Translations under genes and position numbers: made by a program | Part shown: positions 1 to 11,300 of the stretch, one piece after another | How the letters are laid out: each line of letters begins with the position of its first letter | Position numbering within the stretch: position 1 is the stretch's first letter | The notes under the pieces: model-generated | What the model saw: only the letters and a program-made list of their open reading frames with translations | What the model was told of the DNA's origin: nothing | Databases searched by the model: none | Virus record (IMG/VR): IMGVR_UViG_3300008267_012518 | From: a virus | Length of the DNA: 64,000 nt | Strand: one strand, 5' to 3'

Positions 1-1338
1 ATACAAATTCGATCTTATAGCGTGTCTTGGATATTTCCAGAAACCTCTCACCAACATATTTTTAGTACTTCGATAGGTGAAGAATTGGCCTGGTCCATCA
101 TAAGAGTATTCCCATTTTGTAGGATCGACTGGTGGTAATGTGAATACAGATTTGACGAGGTGACAATAACTCATTATTGATGAATTCCAGGATCCATAAG
201 GTATATTAATATTATCACAACTTTGATTAGCAATTGTCTCACCATTCGAACAACTATCCAAAACTCCTATGGGATTATTTTGATCGTCTTTCCATCCACA
301 CCAATGGGTATGACGGGAACCTAAATTATGTCCCAACTCATGAACAGCAGCAACTATAGGTAAATTATAGTTCGATGTTCCAACTGGATTTTGACTCAGT
401 TGTAATAAATTTTGAGTCGATCCAATATTTAAAACACTGTGACAAGTAGTTGGATAAATTTGGGGTGAAGTAGTTTCATATCCATTAGCTGAGTTGTTAG
501 CACCTAGGTTTCCGATACCACCTGCATTTTGATTGATGTCTAATAACATTTTGAAGTGACTTTCTGTATTGACTGGTGTGTTAGAGTTACTTCTTTGTCT
601 GAATATCTCCAATGTATTTTGTATAGAAGTGATTGTATAAAGATCCTGATTGGTATTTATGTAAACTTTTCTGAGACGAAAATAAATTCCTTCTCTGGCA
701 TATAAATTCTTAATCGATAAAAATAGATTTGAAACATAATTTATAGTTTCGGTTTCATTTGATCCAAATAACTGGTAAGATCTGTAACTTACCTCAATGT
801 ACAAATCGCAAATTTTGTTGATTGGTTTTAATCTATTGTAAAAATCTGAATTACCAAATTGGATATCTTGTATTGTTCTACTTTTTTTTATTGTAATATT
901 TTTTGTATCTTTTTTTGAGGTATCCAAAACCTCTACACATGTATTATCGACTGAAAATGTATCTAAATTAACCTTATTTGTCAAAGAATTGATAGAATAG
1001 TTTTTTCCATCTTTAGTTTTTGAGTACCCACTCCACCCACCCTTACCATTATGTGTGATAACACTCATTGTCTTTCTAGACACATAAGTTTGTGGTTTAT
1101 AAATATATTGACCCTTGGATGTCACCACCAATATAGAGGGTAATTCTATTTTATCATAAATGTCAATAGTGCCATCTGGTAAAGTCGACTCAAACGACTT
1201 TGGTAGATTTGACACACTCAAATTTTGTTGAGTTGTTTTACCCGCCTTCGGTGATTTGTTCCAAACATCCATTCTAACCTGTGAGAATAAGTTGTTTATA
1301 ATAAGTAGAGAAATTACTAGTCCTATAAATCTTTTCAT
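1..1338 (-). CDS. Secreted metzincin zinc metalloprotease (M12B/reprolysin-like), runs off the window edge
   Basis: Missing from the ORF track because no stop is in the window. Translated by hand from ATG at 1338: signal-peptide-like MKRFIGLVISLLIINNLFSQ, zinc motif HELGHNLGSRHTHWCGW (first His codon at 340-342), Met-turn SIMSYC; frame open to position 1. Confidence 0.88.
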   Translation of the reverse strand, partial: MKRFIGLVISLLIINNLFSQVRMDVWNKSPKAGKTTQQNLSVSNLPKSFESTLPDGTIDIYDKIELPSILVVTSKGQYIYKPQTYVSRKTMSVITHNGKGGWSGYSKTKDGKNYSINSLTNKVNLDTFSVDNTCVEVLDTSKKDTKNITIKKSRTIQDIQFGNSDFYNRLKPINKICDLYIEVSYRSYQLFGSNETETINYVSNLFLSIKNLYAREGIYFRLRKVYINTNQDLYTITSIQNTLEIFRQRSNSNTPVNTESHFKMLLDINQNAGGIGNLGANNSANGYETTSPQIYPTTCHSVLNIGSTQNLLQLSQNPVGTSNYNLPIVAAVHELGHNLGSRHTHWCGWKDDQNNPIGVLDSCSNGETIANQSCDNINIPYGSWNSSIMSYCHLVKSVFTLPPVDPTKWEYSYDGPGQFFTYRSTKNMLVRGFWKYPRHAIRSNLY

Positions 1339-1375
1339 ATAAAAATAGATTTTATTTTTATATATCAGATAATAT

Positions 1376-1404
1376 AAAAAAAAATCCACCAATTGGTGGA
1401 TTTT
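1376..1404 (-). terminator. Intrinsic terminator downstream of thioredoxin
   Basis: Inverted repeat AAAATCCACC-AATT-GGTGGATTTT followed by a T-run on the minus strand, just past the trx stop. Confidence 0.8.
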
Positions 1405-1408
1405 AGAG

Positions 1409-1729
1409 TTAAGAATTCTTCTCTATCATTTCCAAGATATCTTTCTTGGATTTTAGACCCGTTGTTCTATCAACTAATTCCCCATTTTTGAATAATAAAA
1501 GAGTTGGGATGTTTCTAACATTATATTCTTTACAGAAGTTCATATTTTCATCAGCGTCAACAACACCAACGGATACTTTTCCATATGTTTCAGAACTAAT
1601 CTCATCGATAATTGGGCTCAGTTGTTTACAAGGTCCACACCATTCTGCTTTGACGTCGATAAGAGATAGATCATTTTCTAAAAATGGTTTCAAATCCTCT
1701 TCTTTAAGTTTCTTTGTATAAATTACCAT
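1409..1729 (-). CDS. trxA: Thioredoxin
   Basis: WCGPC active site, NIPT cis-Pro loop, 106 aa. Confidence 0.95.
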   Translation of the reverse strand: MVIYTKKLKEEDLKPFLENDLSLIDVKAEWCGPCKQLSPIIDEISSETYGKVSVGVVDADENMNFCKEYNVRNIPTLLLFKNGELVDRTTGLKSKKDILEMIEKNS

Positions 1730-1766
1730 AACTAACTATTAATTTTTAGACAATATATATCTTATC

Positions 1767-2519
1767 ATGAAATTAACCTTTAGTTTGTTTTTTATTTTTC
1801 TTGTTACTTTAGTTAGATCTCAGACCAATAACTTCTCAATTGGTGGAAATTTAACCACAGGTAATCTATTAAGTTATGGTATAAATATTAGAGCAAATCT
1901 GAACACTAATCCTGAAAAATTAAACCAAATTGTATTTTCGCCAAGTTTTGATTATGGTAAGATTTCGGATCAGTCTGGTGAATTTCAATTAAGGAGAAAA
2001 GAAATACTAACTGTTCTAAATTATGAGAGGACAAAAAATAGATTTAAGTTTTATGTCTATAATGAATTCGAAAAATCATTTCTGAGGAAGATAAGGATAA
2101 GAGGTGCATTTGGTACAGGACTTTCGTATAGGATAGTAGAAAATGAAACTACCAATTTTGATGTGTCTCAGCTTATTTTGCCAGAATTTTTTCAGTCAAG
2201 TTTCACAAATAAAAGAGATAACTGGGCTTTAAGACTATCGACAAGGATACGATTATCCAAAAAATTTCCCAAGTATAGATATTCCTCACAATTATTGTTT
2301 CAACCAGCTGTTTATACAGAACTAAGTGATGGTACTGAAGTTGCACCAAAAAATAATACGACAGTCAGGATTAATAATTCCTACGAGTTTGTATTATCAA
2401 AAAATTTGTCTATAGGGTTCATGGGTGAAATGATCGTTCAAACATATACGAGTTATATCAATCCAACCGTTAAACCCTACGATACAAATTTAAATTTATT
2501 TATAAAGGGTAATTTCTAA
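1767..2519 (+). CDS. Outer-membrane beta-barrel protein (DUF481-like)
   Basis: N-terminal signal peptide, alternating amphipathic beta-strands, C-terminal Phe; IRIRGAFGTGLSYRI segment resembles DUF481. Confidence 0.65.
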   Translation: MKLTFSLFFIFLVTLVRSQTNNFSIGGNLTTGNLLSYGINIRANLNTNPEKLNQIVFSPSFDYGKISDQSGEFQLRRKEILTVLNYERTKNRFKFYVYNEFEKSFLRKIRIRGAFGTGLSYRIVENETTNFDVSQLILPEFFQSSFTNKRDNWALRLSTRIRLSKKFPKYRYSSQLLFQPAVYTELSDGTEVAPKNNTTVRINNSYEFVLSKNLSIGFMGEMIVQTYTSYINPTVKPYDTNLNLFIKGNF

Positions 2520-3130
2520 AGATACGTTTCATCTAAGAAATCAAATTCCTTTTTGGTTTCGGAAATAAGGATTAATCTACCGTTTCTAATTTGAGATTTG
2601 ATGGTAGATAGATTTTTACCCAATTCATCAGCAATGTCTTTATAAGCCATCTTTTTGATTTCTCTCATTTCGATAACCTTCCTATATGGTTCTTTGAGGT
2701 TTTGGATATGTTTCTTCATGATCTCGGCTTTTCGGTCCGAAACGTCATGTTTATTATTTTCCGAAACTTCTTCTTGTATAAAGTCCTTTAGGGTTGTACC
2801 CTCCTCGTCGATTTCAATGTCGATGGATACATTCTTTTTTGAGAGTTTTATGTCTTGGAGAAGAATATTCCTTGCGATGGTGAATAACCACGTTGAAAAT
2901 TGTGCCTTTTCTTTTTCATACTTGTCAATTTTTTCGAACGCTGTGAGGAATGATTCTGTAGTTACGTCTTCAGCTTTTTGGTGGTCTCCACACATTTTAG
3001 CCGTATAGTAAATTAACTTTGGATAATACTTTTTGTAAAAGAAAGTAAAGTCACTACCTGTTCTTTCTTTGAATAGAACTTCTTGTTCTGAGAATGATTT
3101 GACTGCCGTTGAATTGTACATATATTTCAT
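2516..3130 (-). CDS. ECF-type RNA polymerase sigma-70 factor
   Basis: Region 2 (AEDVTTESF...FSTWLFTIARN) and region 4 HTH (YKDIADELGKNLSTIKSQIRNGR). Confidence 0.92.
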   Translation of the reverse strand: MKYMYNSTAVKSFSEQEVLFKERTGSDFTFFYKKYYPKLIYYTAKMCGDHQKAEDVTTESFLTAFEKIDKYEKEKAQFSTWLFTIARNILLQDIKLSKKNVSIDIEIDEEGTTLKDFIQEEVSENNKHDVSDRKAEIMKKHIQNLKEPYRKVIEMREIKKMAYKDIADELGKNLSTIKSQIRNGRLILISETKKEFDFLDETYL

Positions 3131-3258
3131 TTAATTTTTTTTTAGATTGCCACGAATGTATAACAACAATTATACCATATTTATATCCTATTTATGAATA
3201 AAGTTTTGTCATCTCAGTAAATAAACCAAACAAATATTCATATAAAATTATAATTTTT

Positions 3259-5151
3259 ATGGTCACACTTAATATAATCACACGTTGTTCACGAACTACA
3301 AAGATAAGAGAAATTTTTGAAAGTTTTGATAAAAAAAATAAAAAATTTTCAATCAAATGGTTTGTGTTATTTGATCTGACATCACTACTCGAAATACCAA
3401 CTGACATATTGTCTTTTTTGAAAGACAGATCTGAAATTAGATTTTATGAATCCGATCCAAGTGATTATGGACATGACATGATTAACAAAACACTTGATGA
3501 AATACCTAATGGTTTAGTATATGTTTTAGATGACGATAATATTATACACCCAAACTTCATTGATCTGATAAATAATTGGATTGAAAATAATTTCTATTTT
3601 GATGGAATAATTTTCAGTCAAAAAATTGGAGGTATTGATTTTACCGGTCAAGACATAAGATTTGCTAACGAAGAAAATATCAAAGTTAGTAAAATTGATA
3701 TGGCTCAATTTTGTTTAAAGCGGGAATTAATTGGTGATAATAGAATTCCACCCAATCAATATGTTGGTGATGGTATTTTCATTGAGAATTTATTTGAAGA
3801 AAACAAAGATAAATTTTTAATCATAGATGAAATAGGATGTTATTATAATTACTTCAAACAAATTGAGAAAAAAGACTATTTTTTACCCAAAGTTTTAATT
3901 ATCGGAGAAGAAAATGATATTGAAATAAAATCTCATAAATATGCAAATTATGAAGATGATAGGTTGAAATCCATTTCCAACCTTACCGATGAAGGAATCC
4001 AAAAAATACTCCATGAGTTCAATCCCGATGGAATATTGACTACAGGAGATGATTGGCAAAATTATAAGGAATTATCAAACATGAATTTAGATTTTAGAAG
4101 AAAATGGATACATATCAAAAGGATTGATGATAATTCGGGTGAACTTATTTTTAATTGTCTAATGCAATCAATGTTAGATCCAATTTATGATAAAAATCCA
4201 CTTATCAGTGTATTTACACCGACTTATAACACCAAAGAGGTTCTTTATAGGAGTTATGAATCTTTAAAAAATCAAACTTATAATAATTGGGAATGGGTGG
4301 TTGTTGATGATTCCACTGATGGTGGTAAAACTCTGAAAATAGCCCAAGAAATTTCGAAAAAAGATCCTAGGGTCAAAGTTTATGAATTCAGAGATAAATC
4401 AGGTGGGGTTGTTGGAGAATCGAAGTACCGAGCAGCTTCATTGTGTTCCGGTAAATACCTAATTGAATTTGATCACGACGATTTGTTATTACCAGATGCG
4501 TTACTTTACACAGTAGAGGCTTTTCAAAGGTATCCAGATGCTAAATTTGTTTACTCGGACTGTGCTGAAATAGATCAGAATCACAATTCCCTTACTTATG
4601 GAGATGATTTTGCCTTTGGATATGGTTCATACCGTGATGAAGAATATAATGGTAAAATTTATAAAGCTGTCAATACTCAGAATATAAATCCAAAAACTAT
4701 AAGACACATAGTTGGTGTACCAAACCATTTAAGAGCATGGGATAGATTTTTCTATCATTCTATTGGTGGACATAATAGAAATTTATCCATAGCTGATGAT
4801 TATGAATTATTGGTTAGAACTTTCTTGAAAACTCGATTTGTTAGGATACCAAAAATGTTGTATCTCCAATTTTTCCATAGTTCGAATACACAGAATGATT
4901 CTAGATCTGATATACAAAGAAGAGTGAGAGTAATCTCTTCTTTTTATAATGAAAAAATCAAAAATAGGTTTGAGGAGTTGGGTTGCACAGATTGGGCCTA
5001 CGAAGGTAATCCTCAGTGGCCAACCAACACTCCGAGTAGGTTCGGTGTAGAAGAGTGTGCGGTCAACTACGTTATGGAAATAGATCCTGTTAAAAATTCG
5101 AACCTTGATTACAACTTCGATACTATGACTGGATTTTCAATATTAAATTGA
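3259..5151 (+). CDS. Two-domain GT-A (family 2-like) glycosyltransferase
   Basis: N-terminal domain with LDDDN DxD motif; C-terminal GT2 domain SVFTPTYN...VVDDS...FDHDD...DDYEL. Confidence 0.85.
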   Translation: MVTLNIITRCSRTTKIREIFESFDKKNKKFSIKWFVLFDLTSLLEIPTDILSFLKDRSEIRFYESDPSDYGHDMINKTLDEIPNGLVYVLDDDNIIHPNFIDLINNWIENNFYFDGIIFSQKIGGIDFTGQDIRFANEENIKVSKIDMAQFCLKRELIGDNRIPPNQYVGDGIFIENLFEENKDKFLIIDEIGCYYNYFKQIEKKDYFLPKVLIIGEENDIEIKSHKYANYEDDRLKSISNLTDEGIQKILHEFNPDGILTTGDDWQNYKELSNMNLDFRRKWIHIKRIDDNSGELIFNCLMQSMLDPIYDKNPLISVFTPTYNTKEVLYRSYESLKNQTYNNWEWVVVDDSTDGGKTLKIAQEISKKDPRVKVYEFRDKSGGVVGESKYRAASLCSGKYLIEFDHDDLLLPDALLYTVEAFQRYPDAKFVYSDCAEIDQNHNSLTYGDDFAFGYGSYRDEEYNGKIYKAVNTQNINPKTIRHIVGVPNHLRAWDRFFYHSIGGHNRNLSIADDYELLVRTFLKTRFVRIPKMLYLQFFHSSNTQNDSRSDIQRRVRVISSFYNEKIKNRFEELGCTDWAYEGNPQWPTNTPSRFGVEECAVNYVMEIDPVKNSNLDYNFDTMTGFSILN

Positions 5152-5166
5152 GATATTGATGTATTT

Positions 5167-5174
5167 AATATATA
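5167..5174 (+). promoter_or_regulatory. Putative phage late promoter AATATATA (representative of 18 exact sites before genes)
   Basis: Also on + at 1752, 15496, 16540, 18167, 28790, 40092, 46946, 52751, 53891, 56633 and on - at 28290, 33299, 35383, 40064, 42694, 43589, 45116; each lies 4-31 nt before a start codon. Confidence 0.7.
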
Positions 5175-5194
5175 AATAAAAAAAAATTGCACTT

Positions 5195-8100
5195 ATGGCA
5201 ATACAAAGTTCCTTTCCAAAAGTAGCTGATCAAATCATATCATTCAATAAAAATGTAATAGATTCTTTATCCAAAATAAACACACTTGTCACATCTTCGG
5301 ATCCATCTGTGACTGTTAGTATTATAGATACATCGGGTGTTACCCGTCAATTCAATCTACCTACTGTTGGTTACTTGAAATCCGAAATTGATAGGTTGAA
5401 TAACAACATCAACTCAATTTATTCGATAAATGAAGCTGGTGCTTTGATCCAACCGGTCAACGGGACAAAATTTAAGAAAGTTGTTACTGTTGATTTAAAT
5501 AAAGAACCAAATGACCTTGGTGATCTAAATTTAGTTACATTTTTCAAAAGTGGTAAAAACTGGTTTTTTGATTCTATGTTGAATCCACAGATTTTTATTG
5601 AACTTGATTTATCTAATAAAGTCGAAAATAACGTCAGAAAAATTGTTTGTAGGAGATATATTCCAGAGTTTGAACGTGACGGGAATGGAAATTTGACAAC
5701 AAATGGTCAAAAGGGATTGGATAGTTTCAATCTTTTATTCAGAAATAAAAATGATTTTTCCTTAGAAGCTTATCTCACTTGGCATGAAACAACATCAGGT
5801 GTTCTTAAACCATTTAATCCAAATTATGATGAACAAATGTTTGATTTGGAACCAAACATAGTCGAATATGATGGTACTTTTACTGTTTTAAAAGTTGAGG
5901 AGGATACTTTAAATAAAAAACTATTTTATCACTTAAATTCTTTGACATACGTCAAAAATCAGATGGGTCAAATGGGTGATATAATACAACAAGAAAAGGA
6001 ATTAGTTGTTGGTGATGAAATGATAATCAATACACCAGCATCTTATACTAGATATAAAATCTTAGAAATTTCTAAGACAGCACAAAATCCAAGAGTGAGG
6101 TTTGAGAGAGTGGAGGGTAATCAACCCATCCCATCTGGTGTTGTAGGGGTTCTTAAGGTTTATTCTCCGGTTGTCTATAACAAAAGGGTTAGGGTAAGTG
6201 TCGGATTTGATGAGAGAAATACCATCTTCATTAAAGCTCTAAACATGGATAACTATATTCTATCTAAAAATTGGAGTAGTGGTATCGGATTTTATACAAA
6301 CGATTTGTATGAATTCGATACTAGACAGAGCTTACCCGACTATTATAATTCAACAATTAATGATTATGGTGAGGTCCTCAAAGATTTAGTTAAGAAAAAA
6401 ACCCCTAACACCGCTGCTAGTAAGCCAAATTTTCCTGTTTTATCTGGTGGTGAATTCAAGGTGGTTCAGATCAATAAACATCAAACCGACTCACCGGATG
6501 CTTTGAGATTGAGAGATCTGAGTAATCAACAAAGGACACTCCAATCGGATATGCAACAATTATTAGCAGCAATCGATGATAAAAAGAAGCAAATAAGGTT
6601 GACAGCATTCGCGTCAGACGCTACGAGGTCACAGTTTGAGAACGAGATCCAACTTTTGAATGGTAAATATGAAAGTAAGCAAAAATTAGCGACATCAATC
6701 AATATTCAAATATTAGCTTTGTCGAATTCACTCTCTACTAAAATTGATCCTGTATACAGAATTCGAGGATTTTTCCCCCTTCCTGAACCAGCGATTAGAC
6801 CAGGTGGAAAAGTTCAAGAAGTGGTACAATTCAAAGTACAATATAGATATCTTTCTAAAAGTGGACAAGAGTCTCCTATAGAAACGTTCAGATTAGATAG
6901 TGGGAACAATAATTCCGATTTAGCCGCCTTTTCAAACTGGAATGAGTATTTATCACCAGTTCGTAAAAGAACATTCAATAAATCAACAGGTGAATATACT
7001 TGGGACACTGAGGAGATTTCGAACCCAGATGTACCAAATATAAACCAAGTTGATATACCAATTAAGGTTAATGAAAAAGTTGAAATGAGAGTAAAGTCAA
7101 TTTCTGAGGTTGGATATCCAGAGTCCCCAGTTGAATCCGATTGGAGTCAGTCCGTCACTGTGGAATTTCCCGACGAACTTGCGACAGTAGCTACTCAAAA
7201 TGATACCATTCGGTCGGAAGCTCAGAAGGAAGAACTTCAAGTTGCGGTCAGAGGTGACTTATCAGCTTTGGGTGTGATTCAACACGTATCCGAACAAGTT
7301 TCGATTGGAACTACAACATATTATCATACTACAGAGGGTATACTTTCTGGATTTAGAGACACAAACAATATTCCTATGGATTTGTTCACTTTCATGCAAA
7401 AACTTTTGGATAGAATTAAAGTCCTCGAAGACAAAGTTAATAGAGTTGCGGGTGAACTTGAAGTTACTGTTATACGAAATAGTGAGATATTTATTGTTAA
7501 AAACGGATCTGAATTATCTTTCAACGTCGAGTGTGAAGATTATTTAGATTTTTATCAATCACCTGGTGTACCAAGTGGTCGAGTTTATACAAACAGTATA
7601 TACGTTATAAAAGATTTCTTACTTAAAATACGCAATAAATCAGTTGAAAGTAGTTTGGGTCTTTTATCCAATAGGGCTTACAATTCTAGTACAAATGGTG
7701 CTGTATATAGTGCTGCTGCTCCTCAAGTATTTTGGGTTGATCAGCAAGATCAACTTTTAGTTTCCAATATCTCAGGTATTACTAAATCACAATTAGATAA
7801 CCAATTTATTTGGATGGTTAATTATGATGGATTGAACCAGAACACAGTCATGAAATTGGCACAAAGCGTACCAAGTGATCTACTTTTGCAACAGAATAAT
7901 TCAATAACAAAGGCTTTATCTTCAAATGAATACAATATTGGTTTTTCGGGTGTCTCTATTTTGAATTTTGTCGGTAATAATTTGTCACTTTTCGACAGAT
8001 CCAAATGGATTGATGCATTCCCATCGAGCACTTCGACTACAAAGTTATTGTCTACAATTCACCCAAGGGTCACAAATCTAGAACAGATACAAGAAACCAA

Positions 8101-8398
8101 TGCTGACAAAGTTTATTACCTTGATGGTGGTGCCGAGAATGATATAGACATTCCACTCAACATATATTTTAAAATGAACGCTATGGATAATAGTAAGCCT
8201 GGTTTAAATTTCGAATATATCAATTTGAATGGTGTTAAAAGTACAGTGAAACACATTAAAAAAATAAAATTTCTATTGGAAAATGAGAGTGATAATAAAC
8301 CATTTATTTTCACAATCAAATTTACATTAAATAGAGCGAAATTAGTTGTTAAGAAAACAATCGAATCAACTCCATTCGCAACAACTGCTAACAGATAA
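5195..8398 (+). CDS. Large virion structural protein with coiled coil and FN3-like domain
   Basis: 1067 aa; central coiled coil (LRLRDLSNQQ...), FN3-like FKVQYRY...EMRVKS...SDWS; AATATATA upstream; heads a coupled operon. Confidence 0.6.
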   Translation: MAIQSSFPKVADQIISFNKNVIDSLSKINTLVTSSDPSVTVSIIDTSGVTRQFNLPTVGYLKSEIDRLNNNINSIYSINEAGALIQPVNGTKFKKVVTVDLNKEPNDLGDLNLVTFFKSGKNWFFDSMLNPQIFIELDLSNKVENNVRKIVCRRYIPEFERDGNGNLTTNGQKGLDSFNLLFRNKNDFSLEAYLTWHETTSGVLKPFNPNYDEQMFDLEPNIVEYDGTFTVLKVEEDTLNKKLFYHLNSLTYVKNQMGQMGDIIQQEKELVVGDEMIINTPASYTRYKILEISKTAQNPRVRFERVEGNQPIPSGVVGVLKVYSPVVYNKRVRVSVGFDERNTIFIKALNMDNYILSKNWSSGIGFYTNDLYEFDTRQSLPDYYNSTINDYGEVLKDLVKKKTPNTAASKPNFPVLSGGEFKVVQINKHQTDSPDALRLRDLSNQQRTLQSDMQQLLAAIDDKKKQIRLTAFASDATRSQFENEIQLLNGKYESKQKLATSINIQILALSNSLSTKIDPVYRIRGFFPLPEPAIRPGGKVQEVVQFKVQYRYLSKSGQESPIETFRLDSGNNNSDLAAFSNWNEYLSPVRKRTFNKSTGEYTWDTEEISNPDVPNINQVDIPIKVNEKVEMRVKSISEVGYPESPVESDWSQSVTVEFPDELATVATQNDTIRSEAQKEELQVAVRGDLSALGVIQHVSEQVSIGTTTYYHTTEGILSGFRDTNNIPMDLFTFMQKLLDRIKVLEDKVNRVAGELEVTVIRNSEIFIVKNGSELSFNVECEDYLDFYQSPGVPSGRVYTNSIYVIKDFLLKIRNKSVESSLGLLSNRAYNSSTNGAVYSAAAPQVFWVDQQDQLLVSNISGITKSQLDNQFIWMVNYDGLNQNTVMKLAQSVPSDLLLQQNNSITKALSSNEYNIGFSGVSILNFVGNNLSLFDRSKWIDAFPSSTSTTKLLSTIHPRVTNLEQIQETNADKVYYLDGGAENDIDIPLNIYFKMNAMDNSKPGLNFEYINLNGVKSTVKHIKKIKFLLENESDNKPFIFTIKFTLNRAKLVVKKTIESTPFATTANR

Positions 8399-11300
8399 TG
8401 AAAAGTAGTGCAATATTAAGAACTAATGTGGGATTGACTACTAACGTGAAGTTAGTAGTTAGAAGTAACTATGGTCTTTATTTGGATTCTATTGTTTCTT
8501 CACCAGAATTATCCGAAAACAGATTCAAGAAATTCCAGATAGATAAGGACACATTTTGGGAGGATATAGTTCCAGTCTTTTTTCAAAAGACTCCTGTTGA
8601 TTTAGCATACAAAATAAAATATGATGGTGATGTAGATAAGATGTCTACCGATTTTACTAGCCAATTTGATGACTTATATCAATATGGGGCTAGAAATATT
8701 GTAGATAATAAATTTTATAGTGAGGAATTCGAATATTTTGCTCCACTATACATAAGTAAAAATAGTCTACCTAAAAATTTCATCATATTCCGTGTTGATG
8801 GTCCTGGTATTATAAACCTAACCAAGGATAATTTTAGATCAGAGATTCTGAATAAATTAAAAGTAGTAAAAAACTACGATTTAACACAAAAAAGTTATTT
8901 GGGTCAATGGATTAATAATAACATTACAAATAATAGATTTTATCCCAATAATAGTTTATACATTGATTTCAGAAGACTTGAGTTTTCTACTTGGCGTGGT
9001 ATAGATTATGAAAAGGGTGGGTATACCGAAAAAAACTTTCTTCTTGATAGTACACTTGAGTTTGAACTACCATATTATGAAATGGAAAAATTAATTTTGG
9101 AGGGTTATAAAAATAACAAAATTGTCTTTCCAAACATCATAAACTTCAGCTTTTTATTCGATGACACACCTGCTACACCCGATTCTCTTAGAAAGTGGTC
9201 GTTGAATAGATATTTGGGTTTCTATCTCGATGAGATGAAATTGGTAGATTCTTTTTCACCGAATAAGTTACCAACTCTGAAATCGGATGTTAAAATAGAT
9301 GATGAGAACATCCTTTCTAGTCCTAGTAGTCAATCCCCATTTCTAAATGAATGGGAAGTCAATGATTACCCATTCATAGAGGTAGATGGTGTTTACTATA
9401 GGTTGGAAAAATTCGAACAAGTCACATCGTCCGTAATTCAAAGAGTACAGAACACAAGAAATACCTACGAAGAACGCAGGGCTAGTAGTAATGTTATAAA
9501 ATATAAAGTAATTTCAGACATATCACTATCGGGTAAATCATTTTCCGACATCAATAATAAATTGATAATCATAAATTCAGACAAGACCATAGGTCTCCAA
9601 AATGGAAACACATTTATGATTAATGACTTTGGAAATGCTGATGTGTGGTTGATTGAAATTGATAATTTTTTACACCACTTGGTATTTGAAGATGGTAAAT
9701 ATAGAATATTGACTGATTATGGGTTTAGACAATCCGCTGAAAGATTTGATTATTACATAAATGGTATAAATTCTGATACATCTAAGAGCGTAAATTTAGT
9801 GACTAGTAAAGATTATGGTCCAGTGGAATTCAAAATCTACAAATGTAAATTTACTGACATCAAGGATTTTGATACAGATATTGTTGATACTACCTATTCC
9901 AAATATGAGTATATAAAGTCGGAAACTCTAACTGATACCGATGAGCCAAAAATGTATGTACAGGATTTGGAATCAACTAATCAACCAAAAGATTACGTTC
10001 AGTTCAAATTACAAAATAAAGTTGTTACTATACCAACATCTTCCGAATATACTGCAAATTCTGAAACTTTTAGAATAGAAGACAATAACCTCACACAATT
10101 ATGGAGAAAAAATTCTCAAAGATTGAAATGGGGGTTTGGGGGTTCTATATCATCCAATGATTATCCTTATTTACTTAATAATAGTATAATCTCCGAAGAT
10201 TATAATAAATCTCCAAATACAAAAGATGTTATACTACAACGAGAAAAAAGAAATCTAGACCACTTTTATACTATTAACTCTGATAGTAATCAATATTCTC
10301 ATCACACCCTTCACATTGAAGATTGGTCTAATGATAAATTGAATATTGATTTCAAATTTGAATTGGATAAATATCTAGGTATAGGATATAATTTGGATTA
10401 CTTTTCCTACTTTTTTGGTAAAAAGACTTATTTTGAGGAAGGTAAAGTTTCAAAGAGGACTGAGAAGTTTTCTTATTTTCAGAGTGGGGATGGATCAACT
10501 CCAAATATTACCCTATTCAAAGGATTGAAATTCAGTATTTCTGAAATAGATAATATAAATATAGTTGATGGTAAAATTGAAAAGATCAATTTAAGAAATT
10601 CAAACAAATTCGAAAGTTGGAGGTTTTCTGTTTTGTTGTCAAACAATTCTCACTTGATAGTTGGATCTGATACTGATCCAACCAACCCGAACGTTATTAA
10701 ATCTGAGACCGCACTCAAGTGGAGAGTTATTGATGAGTGGAAACACGATAAAGATTACTTCACCAACAGTTTGGTGTTGTACGAACAGACTTTGTACAAA
10801 AATACTGTTCATTCTAGGATAGTCGATCCGATATACAATCCAAAGAATACCACAGATTGGCAACTCTATACAAATCCAACAATATTTTACAGCCCACTTT
10901 TTGACGGAACCTCAACAAAAAATAACATGGTAGGATTTGGAGCTACAATTCCACCACTGATTTACAATGATGGTCAATATTATTTTTCAAACCCTTTTAA
11001 TAGTAATGATTTTTGGAATAGTTCTTTTACATATTCGGATTTTGATGTGGTGACTTACAAAAATAAAAATTGGGTATCCCTTACATCTAGCAATATAACT
11101 ATTCCAAGTGAAAACTCTGGTATCAATATTGGTGGTGAATTTTTTAGTACTTGGGAAGAGACAGGTGTGTCTGTGAGATGGAATCCAGTTAGTATTTGGA
11201 AATCTGATTTTGAATATGATGTATCTTCTTGGCAACAGAATTCTTTTGGGTTTGGTAATTATGTAATACACGATGACGTAGTTTATGGCAGCACATCGTC

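Noticed and set aside
1446-3407. ORFs 1446..1721, 2655..3008 and 3192..3407
   Set aside because: Antisense overlaps of thioredoxin, the sigma factor and the glycosyltransferase, with no motifs of their own. The same applies to the other short nested ORFs in the track.
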